A model generated the notes under the pieces. That model ran no database searches, was not told the origin of the DNA, and was given only the letters and a program-made list of their open reading frames with translations. A stretch of 64,000 bases of DNA, taken from contig JACPBQ010000004.1 of the NCBI GenBank assembly GCA_016180235.1, forward strand, positions 303,674 to 367,673, given 5' to 3'. The translations under genes were made by a program, and so were the position numbers. This document shows, one piece after another, positions 1 through 9,879 of this stretch (positions are counted from its first letter, which is position 1; each line of letters begins with the position of its first letter). This stretch comes from Candidatus Woesearchaeota archaeon. GTDB taxonomy: Archaea > Nanobdellota > Nanobdellia > Woesearchaeales > GW2011-AR4.

Positions 1-32
1 CATTTAAATATTATATTTGCAAAAGCAAACCT

Positions 33-788
33 ATGGGACTGCCAGTAGATTTATGGGACAAGCTGAAACGGTATTTTGCATTTACTCCAAATGAAATCCA
101 GGGGCTTATAATAGCAATTTTTGCCACTGCTTTCATAATATCTTTCAATGACTGGGGGAAAGGAAGCGAAGTAAACATAATATCCGGGCTTTTCAATTTT
201 TTTAATGCGATCCTTATAGTGGCATTGTCTTTTCTTTTGCACATATCTGTCCAGAGGATATGGTCCTTAGGAACAGGCTACAGGCTTGAGTGGAGGATGT
301 GGGGTTTTGGATTGCTGTTAGGATTGATATTTGTGTTCCTGACCAACGGCAAATTCTGGCTCATACTTCCCGGAGGCATCATAATCTATCATCTTGGAGG
401 CCACAGGTTAGGTTGGTTCAGGTACGGCATAAACTGGTGGGCTTTGGGCTTGATAGCTTTGATGGGGACTTTTGCGACCATGCTCCTTGCAGTCATATTC
501 AAGGCAGTCAGCGCCGTTTTTGTGAATGCAATGATACAGAAAATGATCACTTTCAACATAGCATATGCAATGTACAGCCTATTGCCGATACCGCCTATGG
601 ACGGGAGCAAGACATTTTACGGCAGCAGGCTGCTGTATGCATTCTCAACAGCAGGGTTAGTTGCTGCAGCTGTAATGTTAACTTTAAATATAAGCATAAC
701 ACTTGCAGTTGTATCATCATTGCTGATAGCAATAGTGCTGTGGGTTATGTATTACGTATTTTTTGAATGGAAAGCATGGTACCCGTAA
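33..788 (+). CDS. Polytopic membrane protein related to site-2 protease (peptidase M50) family, apparently lacking the HExxH metal site
   Basis: 251-aa ORF with several hydrophobic helices. LLPIPPMDGSK near the C-terminus matches the M50 LDG motif, but the expected HExxH position reads HISVQ. Confidence 0.5.
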   Translation: MGLPVDLWDKLKRYFAFTPNEIQGLIIAIFATAFIISFNDWGKGSEVNIISGLFNFFNAILIVALSFLLHISVQRIWSLGTGYRLEWRMWGFGLLLGLIFVFLTNGKFWLILPGGIIIYHLGGHRLGWFRYGINWWALGLIALMGTFATMLLAVIFKAVSAVFVNAMIQKMITFNIAYAMYSLLPIPPMDGSKTFYGSRLLYAFSTAGLVAAAVMLTLNISITLAVVSSLLIAIVLWVMYYVFFEWKAWYP

Positions 789-789
789 C

Positions 790-1122
790 ATGACATCGTT
801 TTTTTTCAAGAGCTGGATGGAATTTTTCTTTTTCGTACTCATGGTTATAGGATTCATACTGTCGCTTTGGGCCTCGTCCAAGAGCGCTTTCATAAGCTAC
901 ATAGTTGTTTTCCTGAGCGGAATGATAGGAGGAAGAATTCTTTACGAGAGGAAAGGAAAACTCACTTTTCCGTATTATATAATAATACTTGGATTCCTCA
1001 TAGGATACCTAATAGGGACATATTATGGCAGCAGGAAAGTTGTGATTGTGCTGTTTGTCCTTGGAGTATTGTTTAGCTACCATCTTTATAATAAGGGATA
1101 CATAAAGGACAGGCTATACTAG
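790..1122 (+). CDS. Small membrane protein, unknown function
   Basis: ORF 763-1122. The ATG at 790 lies 1 nt after the upstream stop. Several hydrophobic helices are present (FFFVLMVIGFILSLW, YIVVFLSGMIGG, IIILGFLIGYLIG). Confidence 0.4.
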   Translation: MTSFFFKSWMEFFFFVLMVIGFILSLWASSKSAFISYIVVFLSGMIGGRILYERKGKLTFPYYIIILGFLIGYLIGTYYGSRKVVIVLFVLGVLFSYHLYNKGYIKDRLY

Positions 1123-1162
1123 CGTCATAATCTATTTAAACAGAAAAGACATTCTCGCGCTT

Positions 1163-3385
1163 ATGGTTGCTATCAGGAATTTTACACCAAGGCTTTACCA
1201 GGAAACAATAATGAATTCCTGTGCAAGGGGAAACTGCTTAATAATATTGCCTACCGGTCTGGGAAAAACAAAGACCGCTATTTTAGCTGCTGCGCAAAGG
1301 CTCAATTCCTATCCGCAGTCAAAGATACTGTTCCTTACCGTGACAAAGCCGCTGGCAGAGCAGATACACAATGAGGCAAAGGAATGCCTTGATATCGATG
1401 AGGATAAAATAGTGCTGTTTACCGGCTCAGTAAGCCCTGCAAAAAGGGAAGAGCAGTGGAAAAATTCCGTCTTTATTGTAAGCACCCCACAATGCATAGA
1501 GAATGACATGATAAACAACAAGATAGACATAGAAAACGTCTCATTGCTTGTAGCGGATGAGGCGCATAATGCAGTCAAGGATTATTCATACACATGGGTC
1601 GCGAAGCAGTACCAGAAAAAATCAAGGTTTGCAAGGATTATCGGGCTGACAGCAAGCCCGGGCTCCGACCTCGAAACAATACAGGAAGTGTGCAAGAACC
1701 TTTTCATAGAGGAGATTGAGATAAGGACTGACCAGGACCCTGATGTAAAGCCTTATGTGTATGAAATCGATATAAAGTGGGTTTCTGTGGAGCTGCCCCA
1801 GATATTCAATGACATCAAGAAGCATCTCCAGGATTTCCTGAAGGAAAGGATGGGAGCGCTGAAAGAACTGGGGATACTCCAAAGGGCAAATACAAGCTAT
1901 GTGAGCAAGACAGACTTATTGCGGCTCCAGGGCGAATTAAGAGGCAGGGCATCAACAGGAGAGAAGGATTTCACAATATGGAACGGCATCTCTATACTGG
2001 CTGAAATAATGAAAGTGCATCATGCGCTGGAGCTGCTTGAAACGCAGGGAATAATCCCATTATACAGGTACATGGAAAAGTTCAATGTTGAGGCAGACAG
2101 CACCAAGGTAAAAGCTGTAAAAAATATCGTCAAAGACCCACACTTCAAGTCAGCTTTCATCAAAGTCGCAAAGCTTCATGAGGAAAAGATCGAGCATCCG
2201 AAATTAATAGAATTGCAAAAAATCGTAGAAAAGGAAATCAGGGATAACAAAGAGAAAAAAATCATCGTTTTCAGCCAGTTCAGGGACAGCGGAATGGATA
2301 TAGCTGAAAAGCTCAATACCATTGGCAATGTAAAGGCAAAATTATTTGTCGGGCAGCTCAAGAAAATAGACACTGGAATGAGCCAGAAGGAGCAGAAAGC
2401 TGTTCTGGATGAATTCAGGAATGGAGTTTTTAATGTTTTAGTCGCAACTTCAATAGCCGAGCAGGGCCTTGACATACCTGAGGTTGATACTGTGATTTTT
2501 TACGAGCCAATACCATCTGCTATAAGGCAGATACAAAGAAGAGGAAGGACCGGAAGGCACGGGGAAGGAAAAGTTATTGTTTTGATGACAAAAAACACGA
2601 TGGACGAGGGCTATAGATGGAGCGCACACCACAAGGAAAAGAGGATGTACAGGAACCTGGAAAACCTAAAAAAGAAGCTTGTCCTTACGCATAGCTCAAA
2701 AGAGGAAAAGATAACAGATTACATGAAAGAAAACAAGATTAAAATTTTTGCTGATTACCGCGAGAAAGGCACTGGAATCTTAAAGGAACTGGTAGAGCAG
2801 GAAGTCGACTTAAAGCTGGATTCCTTCCCGAATGCAGATTACATACTGAGCTCAAGAGCCGGGGTTGAGTTCAAGACTGTGCATGATTTTGTCGAGAGCA
2901 TAATTGACGGAAGATTATTGCAACAGATAAAAAATCTCAAGAATAATTTTGAAAGGCCTTTGTTAATTATAGAAGGGACTGAGGATATTTATTCCGTAAG
3001 GAATGTGCATGCAAATGCAATAAGAGGGGCCTTGTCTGCAGTTGCCGTTGATTTTGGAGTCCCTATCCTATACACGAAGAATGTCAAGGACACTGCTTTG
3101 ATGCTGAAGACGATAGCAAAAAGGGAGCAGGAAGACATTGGAACAGATTTTAATGTGCATCCGGAGAAAAAGAAACTTAGCATAAAGGAACAGCAGGAAT
3201 ACATTGTAAGCTCTCTACCTGGGGTTGGAGTAACTTTAGCAAGGCCTTTACTGAAGCATTTCAAGAGCGTCAAGAATGTCGTAAATGCAGACGCTAAAGA
3301 TCTTGAGGAAGTTGAGAAGATAGGAAAGAAAAAAGCAGATAAGATAAGGGACATACTTGACAGGGAATACCAGACTTTGGAATAA
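1163..3385 (+). CDS. hef: Hef-type helicase-nuclease (SF2 DEAH helicase + ERCC4/XPF nuclease + HhH2)
   Basis: 740-aa ORF. Helicase motifs are LPTGLGKT Walker A, VADEAH box and QRRGRTGR motif VI. The C-terminal ERCC4-like region has ADY...VEFK...D...LLIIEG, followed by LPGVGVTLARPLL...IGKKKADKI helix-hairpin-helix pairs. Confidence 0.85.
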   Translation: MVAIRNFTPRLYQETIMNSCARGNCLIILPTGLGKTKTAILAAAQRLNSYPQSKILFLTVTKPLAEQIHNEAKECLDIDEDKIVLFTGSVSPAKREEQWKNSVFIVSTPQCIENDMINNKIDIENVSLLVADEAHNAVKDYSYTWVAKQYQKKSRFARIIGLTASPGSDLETIQEVCKNLFIEEIEIRTDQDPDVKPYVYEIDIKWVSVELPQIFNDIKKHLQDFLKERMGALKELGILQRANTSYVSKTDLLRLQGELRGRASTGEKDFTIWNGISILAEIMKVHHALELLETQGIIPLYRYMEKFNVEADSTKVKAVKNIVKDPHFKSAFIKVAKLHEEKIEHPKLIELQKIVEKEIRDNKEKKIIVFSQFRDSGMDIAEKLNTIGNVKAKLFVGQLKKIDTGMSQKEQKAVLDEFRNGVFNVLVATSIAEQGLDIPEVDTVIFYEPIPSAIRQIQRRGRTGRHGEGKVIVLMTKNTMDEGYRWSAHHKEKRMYRNLENLKKKLVLTHSSKEEKITDYMKENKIKIFADYREKGTGILKELVEQEVDLKLDSFPNADYILSSRAGVEFKTVHDFVESIIDGRLLQQIKNLKNNFERPLLIIEGTEDIYSVRNVHANAIRGALSAVAVDFGVPILYTKNVKDTALMLKTIAKREQEDIGTDFNVHPEKKKLSIKEQQEYIVSSLPGVGVTLARPLLKHFKSVKNVVNADAKDLEEVEKIGKKKADKIRDILDREYQTLE

Positions 3386-3417
3386 TCATTCTTTTACTGA
3401 ACTAAAAAAGTGAGAAT

Positions 3418-3777
3418 ATGGCGGATATCTCGGATAAAATGCTTCCTGTGGAAGATGATATATTTTCATTCCCGCTTTCTGAAACTATTGCCGGAACATT
3501 TGCCACTATTTTTGGCGCGGAATGGATATTGTCAGCATATATATCCACAACCGCAAACAATAACATGAAGAATTTTGCATATGGATTAGGCGCTGCCCTT
3601 GTTGTCGGAGGAGGCTTTGTATTATCCAAAAATCTAAACGATTATTTCAGGAACATGGCCATACTCAAGAACTGCAAGGCAAAGTTTGGCGATACAGATC
3701 ATGCAATTGAAGTTGCAGAGAGATACATCAGCAGCGGGCCTCTTCTCGGCTATAAAGCAAAAACACACAAACCATAA
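3418..3777 (+). CDS. Hypothetical protein with hydrophobic segments
   Basis: 119-aa ORF in an otherwise empty intergenic slot, with a purine-rich stretch (gtgag) upstream of the ATG. No recognisable motif. Confidence 0.4.
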   Translation: MADISDKMLPVEDDIFSFPLSETIAGTFATIFGAEWILSAYISTTANNNMKNFAYGLGAALVVGGGFVLSKNLNDYFRNMAILKNCKAKFGDTDHAIEVAERYISSGPLLGYKAKTHKP

Positions 3778-3819
3778 ATCACAAATATTTTTATAAATGA
3801 CGCTTCTTCATTAAACTCT

Positions 3820-4554
3820 ATGGTAAAAATTGCAGCTGCGCAGATAAAAGTGACTAAAAATGCCAATGATAATTTTAATAAAATAATTTCCTATATAAAG
3901 AAAGCCGCTTCCAAGAAAGTTGACATAGTCTGCTTTCCAGAGGCTTCATTAATCCATTCCAAAAACAAGAGTTACATTAAGAAAATCCCAATTAATAATT
4001 ATATTAATAAAATAAAAGATTCCTGCAAGAAAAATAAAATACACTGCATTTTCGGCACTGCACTATCGGAACGGAATAAATTATACAATGCCGCTTTCTT
4101 TATTGACGACAAAGGCAGGATTATTTACAAATACTATAAGAAGAATTTATGGAAATCCGAGAGAGGGAAAGCAATCAACGGAAAGAAAAACAAAGTTATT
4201 GATACAAAATTCGGCAAAATAGGCTTAATTATCTGCTGGGACATTGCCTATCCTGAATATGTTAAAGAGCTTGGAAAAAAAGGCGCATGGATTATTTTCT
4301 GCCCAAGCTATGTCATTAATTATAAGAGGGAACTGGAGTCCTATGAACAGCTGCCTTTGGCAAGGTCTTTTGAAAACTCCTGTTATTTTGCGTATTGTGA
4401 TGCTTATACAAAAGATACTGTAAAATACAGCTATATCTGCGGCCCTTCAAGAATAATCAGCAAAATAAGAGGGAAAGAGGGATTAATAACAGCAGATTTG
4501 GACAAAAGAAAAATAATGTTTTTGAAAAGGTATTATGGGCTGGTACAGGCTTAG
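3820..4554 (+). CDS. Carbon-nitrogen hydrolase (nitrilase superfamily)
   Basis: The Glu-Lys-Cys triad context is visible: VCFPEASL, YYKKNLW, LIICWDIAYPE. Confidence 0.8.
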   Translation: MVKIAAAQIKVTKNANDNFNKIISYIKKAASKKVDIVCFPEASLIHSKNKSYIKKIPINNYINKIKDSCKKNKIHCIFGTALSERNKLYNAAFFIDDKGRIIYKYYKKNLWKSERGKAINGKKNKVIDTKFGKIGLIICWDIAYPEYVKELGKKGAWIIFCPSYVINYKRELESYEQLPLARSFENSCYFAYCDAYTKDTVKYSYICGPSRIISKIRGKEGLITADLDKRKIMFLKRYYGLVQA

Positions 4555-5387
4555 AATTTCATAATTTTTAGTTTTTGAATTCTAGAATTTACATCTGGGT
4601 GCGTTGATAAAAGATTCATCAGACCAGAAGATTTGAACGGGTTTAAGATGAACATATGGGCAGTTGCATTATTCCCTAGCCTCATTGGATGAGTTGCCAC
4701 GCTTTTATGTATTTTTTCCAGTGCAGATGCCAGCCCATTTGAGTTTTTAATAATATTTGCCCCAGTAGCATCTGCTAAATACTCGCGGCTTCTTGAGATT
4801 GCAAGCTGAATTATTGTTGCAATCAGTGGGGTTATTATTGCAAGCAAAATCAGGCTTAGAAAATTTGAATGCTCCCTGTCCCTGCCGCCAAATATTGCTG
4901 CCCATTGTGCCATGGTAGCAATGTAGGATATTACTCCTGCTATGGTTCCTGCTATTGTAGAGATAAGTATATCCTTATTCTTAACGTGAGCCATTTCATG
5001 GGCCATAACCCCCTTCAGCTCCTCATGGGTTAGAGCTTTTATAATTCCTGCTGTTGCAGCCACAGCAGAATGGTTTTTTGAACGGCCAGTCGCGAAGGCG
5101 TTTAAAGCATCACTGGGTATAATAAATACTTTAGGCATAGGCAGTTTTGCCATTTCTGAAACTTCCTTTACTATTTTATATAAAGCATGATTTTTATCCG
5201 TAACTTCCTTTGCCCTGTACATCATCAGCACAATCTTGTCAGAGAACCAATAAGAACCAAAATTAAGCATTATGGCAAATATTCCCGCCACTACCAAGCC
5301 TGAAGGACCACCTATCAAATTGCCTACAAAAAGCAACAATGCCGTCAATAAGCCAAGCAATATAACTGTCTTCAGCTGATTAATCAT
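4551..5387 (-). CDS. htpX: HtpX-type zinc metalloprotease (peptidase M48)
   Basis: 278-aa ORF with N-terminal TM helices, the HEMAH zinc motif (MAHEMAHVKNKD) and a C-terminal STHP motif. Confidence 0.9.
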   Translation of the reverse strand: MINQLKTVILLGLLTALLLFVGNLIGGPSGLVVAGIFAIMLNFGSYWFSDKIVLMMYRAKEVTDKNHALYKIVKEVSEMAKLPMPKVFIIPSDALNAFATGRSKNHSAVAATAGIIKALTHEELKGVMAHEMAHVKNKDILISTIAGTIAGVISYIATMAQWAAIFGGRDREHSNFLSLILLAIITPLIATIIQLAISRSREYLADATGANIIKNSNGLASALEKIHKSVATHPMRLGNNATAHMFILNPFKSSGLMNLLSTHPDVNSRIQKLKIMKF

Positions 5388-5450
5388 GAAACCACCAAGA
5401 ATTAAGTATGTTTTCCTTATTTAAAAATTTAATGTTTTCGAAGCAACAAT

Positions 5451-7409
5451 TCACTTTACCCTTCCTTCCTTTAACTTATCAACAACAGAAGGATCAGCCA
5501 GTGTCGTTATATTGCCAACATCTTCCTTGCCTTCCGCTATTGCCTTGAGAACTCTCCTCATTATCTTTCCGCTCCTTGTTTTTGGCAGGTCATCAACAAA
5601 CTGCATCTTCTCAGGCTTTGCAATATGGCCCATGTGATTAGCCACATGATTGATTATTTCCTGCCTTAATTTATCATTCCTTTCAACGCCTTTTTTCAGG
5701 ACAACAAATGCATAAATTGCCTGCCCTTTTATCGGGTCAGGAATCGGGACAACAGCTGACTCGGCAACAGCCTTATGGCTTACAATATGGCTCTCAACTT
5801 CTGCAGAGCCTATCCTGTGGCCCGATACCTTGATAACATCATCACTCCTGCCCATGATCCAGAAATAGCCGTCTTTGTCGTACCTTGCAGTATCACCGGC
5901 CAGATAAATATGCCTGAATTTCCCGAAATACGTCTCTTTGTACCTCTTGTCATTGCGCCACACAGTGCTTAGCATCCCGGGCCAAGGCTTCCTTATGACA
6001 AGCTCACCGCCCTCATCTGGCTTTGCCCTTTTTCCATTCTCTTTCAACACAGCAGCAACTATTCCAGGAAACGGAAATGTCGCAGAGCCTGGCTTTAACG
6101 GAGTGGCTCCAGGCAGAGGCGTTATTAAAATACCTCCTGTCTCTGTCTGCCACCAGGTGTCAACAATAGGGCATCTTTTTTTCCCTATGAGATTATAATA
6201 CCAAATCCATGCTTCAGGGTTTATCGGCTCTCCAACAGTACCAAGCAATCTAAGGCTTTTCAGGCTGCATGAATTCGGCCATTTGTTTCCCTCTTTCATC
6301 AATGCCCTTATTGCAGTCGGAGCCGTATAGAAAATAGTAACTTTATGCCTGTCAACAATCTTCCAGAACCTGTTTGGCCTAGGATAGATTGGAGAGCCTT
6401 CATACATCAAGCTTGTAGCGCCGCAGGACAAAGGCCCGTAAACAATATAGCTATGACCGGTTATCCAGCCGATGTCTGCCGTGCACCAGTAAACATCATC
6501 ATCTTTAATGTCAAAAACCCATCTGAATGTCTGGTATACAAACAATAAATAGCCGGCCTGCGTGTGCAAAACGCCTTTTGGCTTTCCTGTAGTGCCTGAT
6601 GTGTATAGGATGAACAAAGGATTTTCTGCTTCCATGCTTACTGCAGGAAACTCGTCTTTGATGCCTTTTTTTGACATCTGCTGGTGCCACCACAAGTCCC
6701 TTCCCTTTTTCATCTTTACTTTATTCCCGCATCTCTTCACAACAATGACTTTTTTCACGAAACCGCATTTTTCAGCTGCCATGTCAGCATTCTGCTTCAA
6801 AGGTATTATTTTCCCGTTCCTGTAGCTTCCGTCGGAAGTTATCACCAATTTTGCTCTGCAGTCAAGAATCCTGTCCCTTAATGAGTCGGAAGAAAAGCCT
6901 CCAAAAACAACAGAGTGTATAATCCCTGCGCGGGCGCATGAAAGCATCGCTATGGCAAGCTCAGGAATCATCGGCATATAGATGCATACCCTGTCTTTCT
7001 TCCTCAATCCATTTGACTTAAGGACATTTGAGAATCTCGAAACCTCTTTCAGCAATTCAGAATAGGTATATTCCCTGGTTTTTCCGTCCTCTGATTCCCA
7101 TATCAAAGCAATTTTATTTCCATTCCCGGCCTTAATGTGCCTGTCTAAGCAGTTGTATGCAATATTTATCTTGCCGCCGGCAAACCATTTGTAGAAATCG
7201 CCTTTCTTCACAAGAACTTTTTTCCATTTTTTGAACCAGTCTAATTGCAAAGCCTTTTCCGCCCAGAACTTTTCAGGGTTTTTTACGGAATAATTGTAGA
7301 TTTTTTTGTATTCCGCATGGCTTTTTATGTCTGAATGCCTGCTAAAGCTTTTCGAAGGCCTGAAAACCCTTTTTTCCCTGAGAACTGATTTAAAATCCTC
7401 TGCTACCAT
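5451..7409 (-). CDS. acs: Acetyl-CoA synthetase (AMP-forming)
   Basis: 652-aa ORF. AMP-binding signature YTSGTTGKPKG, a C-terminal PKTRSGKIMRR motif, and the typical Acs length. Confidence 0.9.
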   Translation of the reverse strand: MVAEDFKSVLREKRVFRPSKSFSRHSDIKSHAEYKKIYNYSVKNPEKFWAEKALQLDWFKKWKKVLVKKGDFYKWFAGGKINIAYNCLDRHIKAGNGNKIALIWESEDGKTREYTYSELLKEVSRFSNVLKSNGLRKKDRVCIYMPMIPELAIAMLSCARAGIIHSVVFGGFSSDSLRDRILDCRAKLVITSDGSYRNGKIIPLKQNADMAAEKCGFVKKVIVVKRCGNKVKMKKGRDLWWHQQMSKKGIKDEFPAVSMEAENPLFILYTSGTTGKPKGVLHTQAGYLLFVYQTFRWVFDIKDDDVYWCTADIGWITGHSYIVYGPLSCGATSLMYEGSPIYPRPNRFWKIVDRHKVTIFYTAPTAIRALMKEGNKWPNSCSLKSLRLLGTVGEPINPEAWIWYYNLIGKKRCPIVDTWWQTETGGILITPLPGATPLKPGSATFPFPGIVAAVLKENGKRAKPDEGGELVIRKPWPGMLSTVWRNDKRYKETYFGKFRHIYLAGDTARYDKDGYFWIMGRSDDVIKVSGHRIGSAEVESHIVSHKAVAESAVVPIPDPIKGQAIYAFVVLKKGVERNDKLRQEIINHVANHMGHIAKPEKMQFVDDLPKTRSGKIMRRVLKAIAEGKEDVGNITTLADPSVVDKLKEGRVK

Positions 7410-7450
7410 TATCTTTTTCCCTGTTTGGAAATCATTATATAAAATTTTTG

Positions 7451-8515
7451 TTAATAATTTAATTTATACCTTAAAATAGCCGCTATGCCTCCAAGGCCGT
7501 TGAGCTTTTTTCCGGCTTCATGCTCGGAGCTTATGATTATCACATCCCCTTTGGCGTTGTCAGCAGCCTTCATTATATATTCTATTTCATTGTATTTATT
7601 TTCTAATCTTTTCTTTTGTATAAACTCATCTGTTACCAATAAAATCCTTACAGCGCCGGCTTCAGCGGCATTTTTAGTCTCTTCAAGGCCGTAAGAAGCC
7701 ATATTGTTTTTTGCTATCTCGGTAAAAAGCTCCTCAACAATCTTGTATTCCTTTGAAATCCTGTCCTGCTTCAATGCTTCTTCAGTTTCAGGCCTTTTCA
7801 AAACCTCATTTATCGCGTTTTCCCCGACAGAAGAGCATGTTGCTAAAATGATCTTATTTTTTAAATCATCATTCCCCAACTGCTTCATCAGGTCTTCTTT
7901 CCAGAAAGCAGGGCTTGCCAAAATAATCTTATTAATCTCATACCTTTTATCATATTCTTCCAGCTGCCTTATTATATCCCTGTAAAAGGTGCTCTCAATT
8001 TTCTGGCCATCGTCTTTTTTCTGCACATTGCCCTTTATTTCCGAAAGCAGCTGGTAGCCGTATTTTTTCATCATGGCAAAGTAGGCTTCCTCGCGGTCAT
8101 GCACACAGATTAATATTTTTGATTGTATTTCTTTAGATGCTTCTTTCAGCTTGTCAATCTGAAATCTCAGCCAATGAGGCTTTATTATGGTTATAACGGA
8201 ATTTTCCTCTATGCTGAACGTATGGTAAGAGCCCAAAGGCACATCTTCAGGGCCTTCTTTTACAATGCCGGAAACCCGCAGCACATTCGAGGTTTTGCCG
8301 AATTCGACCTTTTCAACCTCAATAAGCAGAAAAACGGGCTTTTTTACTGAATCCTGCTTCCTCTGGCCCTCCTGGCCCATCTTTATCTTCCTGAGAGTCC
8401 TTCCTTTGACCAAATCTCTGGAGTCTATTATCTGGTTAAGGTACCACAAGTCATCCATGTTCTCAACTTTTACTTTCGCTTCCCCGTTCTTGAAATCAGA
8501 ATGCATAAGTTTCAT
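7451..8515 (-). CDS. pelA: Pelota (Dom34) ribosome rescue / mRNA surveillance factor
   Basis: 354-aa ORF. The N-terminus MKLMHSDFKNGEAKVKVENMDDLWYLNQII and an eRF1-like three-domain length are typical of archaeal pelota. Confidence 0.85.
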   Translation of the reverse strand: MKLMHSDFKNGEAKVKVENMDDLWYLNQIIDSRDLVKGRTLRKIKMGQEGQRKQDSVKKPVFLLIEVEKVEFGKTSNVLRVSGIVKEGPEDVPLGSYHTFSIEENSVITIIKPHWLRFQIDKLKEASKEIQSKILICVHDREEAYFAMMKKYGYQLLSEIKGNVQKKDDGQKIESTFYRDIIRQLEEYDKRYEINKIILASPAFWKEDLMKQLGNDDLKNKIILATCSSVGENAINEVLKRPETEEALKQDRISKEYKIVEELFTEIAKNNMASYGLEETKNAAEAGAVRILLVTDEFIQKKRLENKYNEIEYIMKAADNAKGDVIIISSEHEAGKKLNGLGGIAAILRYKLNY

Positions 8516-8662
8516 TTTTCAGCATTTTCTCCATAAATTTTATCATGTTTAACCATTATTCAATTTGTCAGGCATTTACGAAATCTTCAATCAAAAGATT
8601 TAAATATAAAACTATTCATTTTCTACACTTAAGTAAAAAAAATTTAAAAAGGTGACCATATT

Positions 8663-9835
8663 TTGAAGAAATCCCAAGGCGGCTTAAATGCAGCCATTTT
8701 GGTGGCAGTCATAGCAGGGCTTATAATTCTGTATATCCTGTTTCTTCCAGAAACCGAGAGAGAAGCATTGCTGGAAAACAAAACAGTCAAAAAATCAACT
8801 GAAGAGAAGGAAGACAAAGATATCCTGCTGAAAGTCTTCCCCAACAGGCTTGAGGAAGAAGAGAATATACAGGACAAAGACATACCAAACATATTCCTCT
8901 TTGAGACCACAAACGCAAAAGTGCTTGAAAGCATAAACCCGTTCATAGCCAGGAAAGGCTGGTTTGACGAGAAAATAAAAACAGCAGCTTTCACCCTGAA
9001 TAACCTTGAAACGACAGACAATGTGATACTTTCATTCAAAGCCAAAAAGCATGACGGCACACTTACAATAACCCTGAATGGAGCGGTTGTCTTTGAGAAT
9101 GAAATTGAGCAGGAGACAGTTGCACCCATAAGCCTGAGAAAAGAACTCCTTAAAGCGGACAACACTCTTGATTTCTCCGTATCTTCAGTAGGCCTTAAGT
9201 TCTGGAAGACAAACGAATACAGCCTAGAAGACGTCAAGATCATAGGAGATATAACCGACAGGAGCAAGCAGGAAAGCAGAAACATATTCACCCTGACGTC
9301 AAAAGAGCTTGCCGGCATAGACGAGGCCGATTTGAGGTTCGTGCCTTACTGCAACAGCGTGGCTGATGTAGGTACACTGGATATCGACATAAACGGAAGG
9401 AATATATTTTCCGCAGTGCCTATATGCGATGATGCGTACAAGCAGCCAATACCGATAGGAATGCTGGATGCAGGAGAAAACAAGATAATATTCAAGACAG
9501 GCAAGGGAAGCTACAGCGTGGAGCAGGTTAAGATAGAATTCAAGGAAAAGGAAGCTGAAAACAAGCTCTATTATTTTGAGGTGAACCAGAGCCAGATAGA
9601 TGAAATTGATGATGGAGACAAAGATGCAATACTAAGGCTTGAGTTCGTTGACGACAAGGAAAACAAGATGGCAGACATCAACATGAACGACCATTTCATA
9701 ACCCTGGATGATGATGAAAGGGTGTTCACAAAGAACGTCAATGACTTTATAGAAGAAGGCAACAATTTTGTTGAGATAAGGCCCAGGACAAGGCTGGACA
9801 TAGTTGAGCTTAGCGTAAGGCTCGAAGATACATAA
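8663..9835 (+). CDS. N-terminally membrane-anchored secreted protein with three ~90-aa internal repeats
   Basis: TTG start preceded by aaaggtga. TM helix AAILVAVIAGLIILYILFL. Three repeats each end in a similar strand (YSLEDVKIIG / YSVEQVKIEF / LDIVELSVRL) and contain an xIxxNG core. Confidence 0.6.
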   Translation: MKKSQGGLNAAILVAVIAGLIILYILFLPETEREALLENKTVKKSTEEKEDKDILLKVFPNRLEEEENIQDKDIPNIFLFETTNAKVLESINPFIARKGWFDEKIKTAAFTLNNLETTDNVILSFKAKKHDGTLTITLNGAVVFENEIEQETVAPISLRKELLKADNTLDFSVSSVGLKFWKTNEYSLEDVKIIGDITDRSKQESRNIFTLTSKELAGIDEADLRFVPYCNSVADVGTLDIDINGRNIFSAVPICDDAYKQPIPIGMLDAGENKIIFKTGKGSYSVEQVKIEFKEKEAENKLYYFEVNQSQIDEIDDGDKDAILRLEFVDDKENKMADINMNDHFITLDDDERVFTKNVNDFIEEGNNFVEIRPRTRLDIVELSVRLEDT

Positions 9836-9879
9836 CAAAAGAGAGGTGGCTTGGGAAGAGTTCTGCCGGATTTGCTTAA

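Noticed and set aside
8644-9318. 224-aa minus-strand ORF opposite the 390-aa repeat protein gene
   Set aside because: The + strand ORF is longer and has a TM anchor, internal repeats and operon context. The antisense product is S/F/L-rich with no features.
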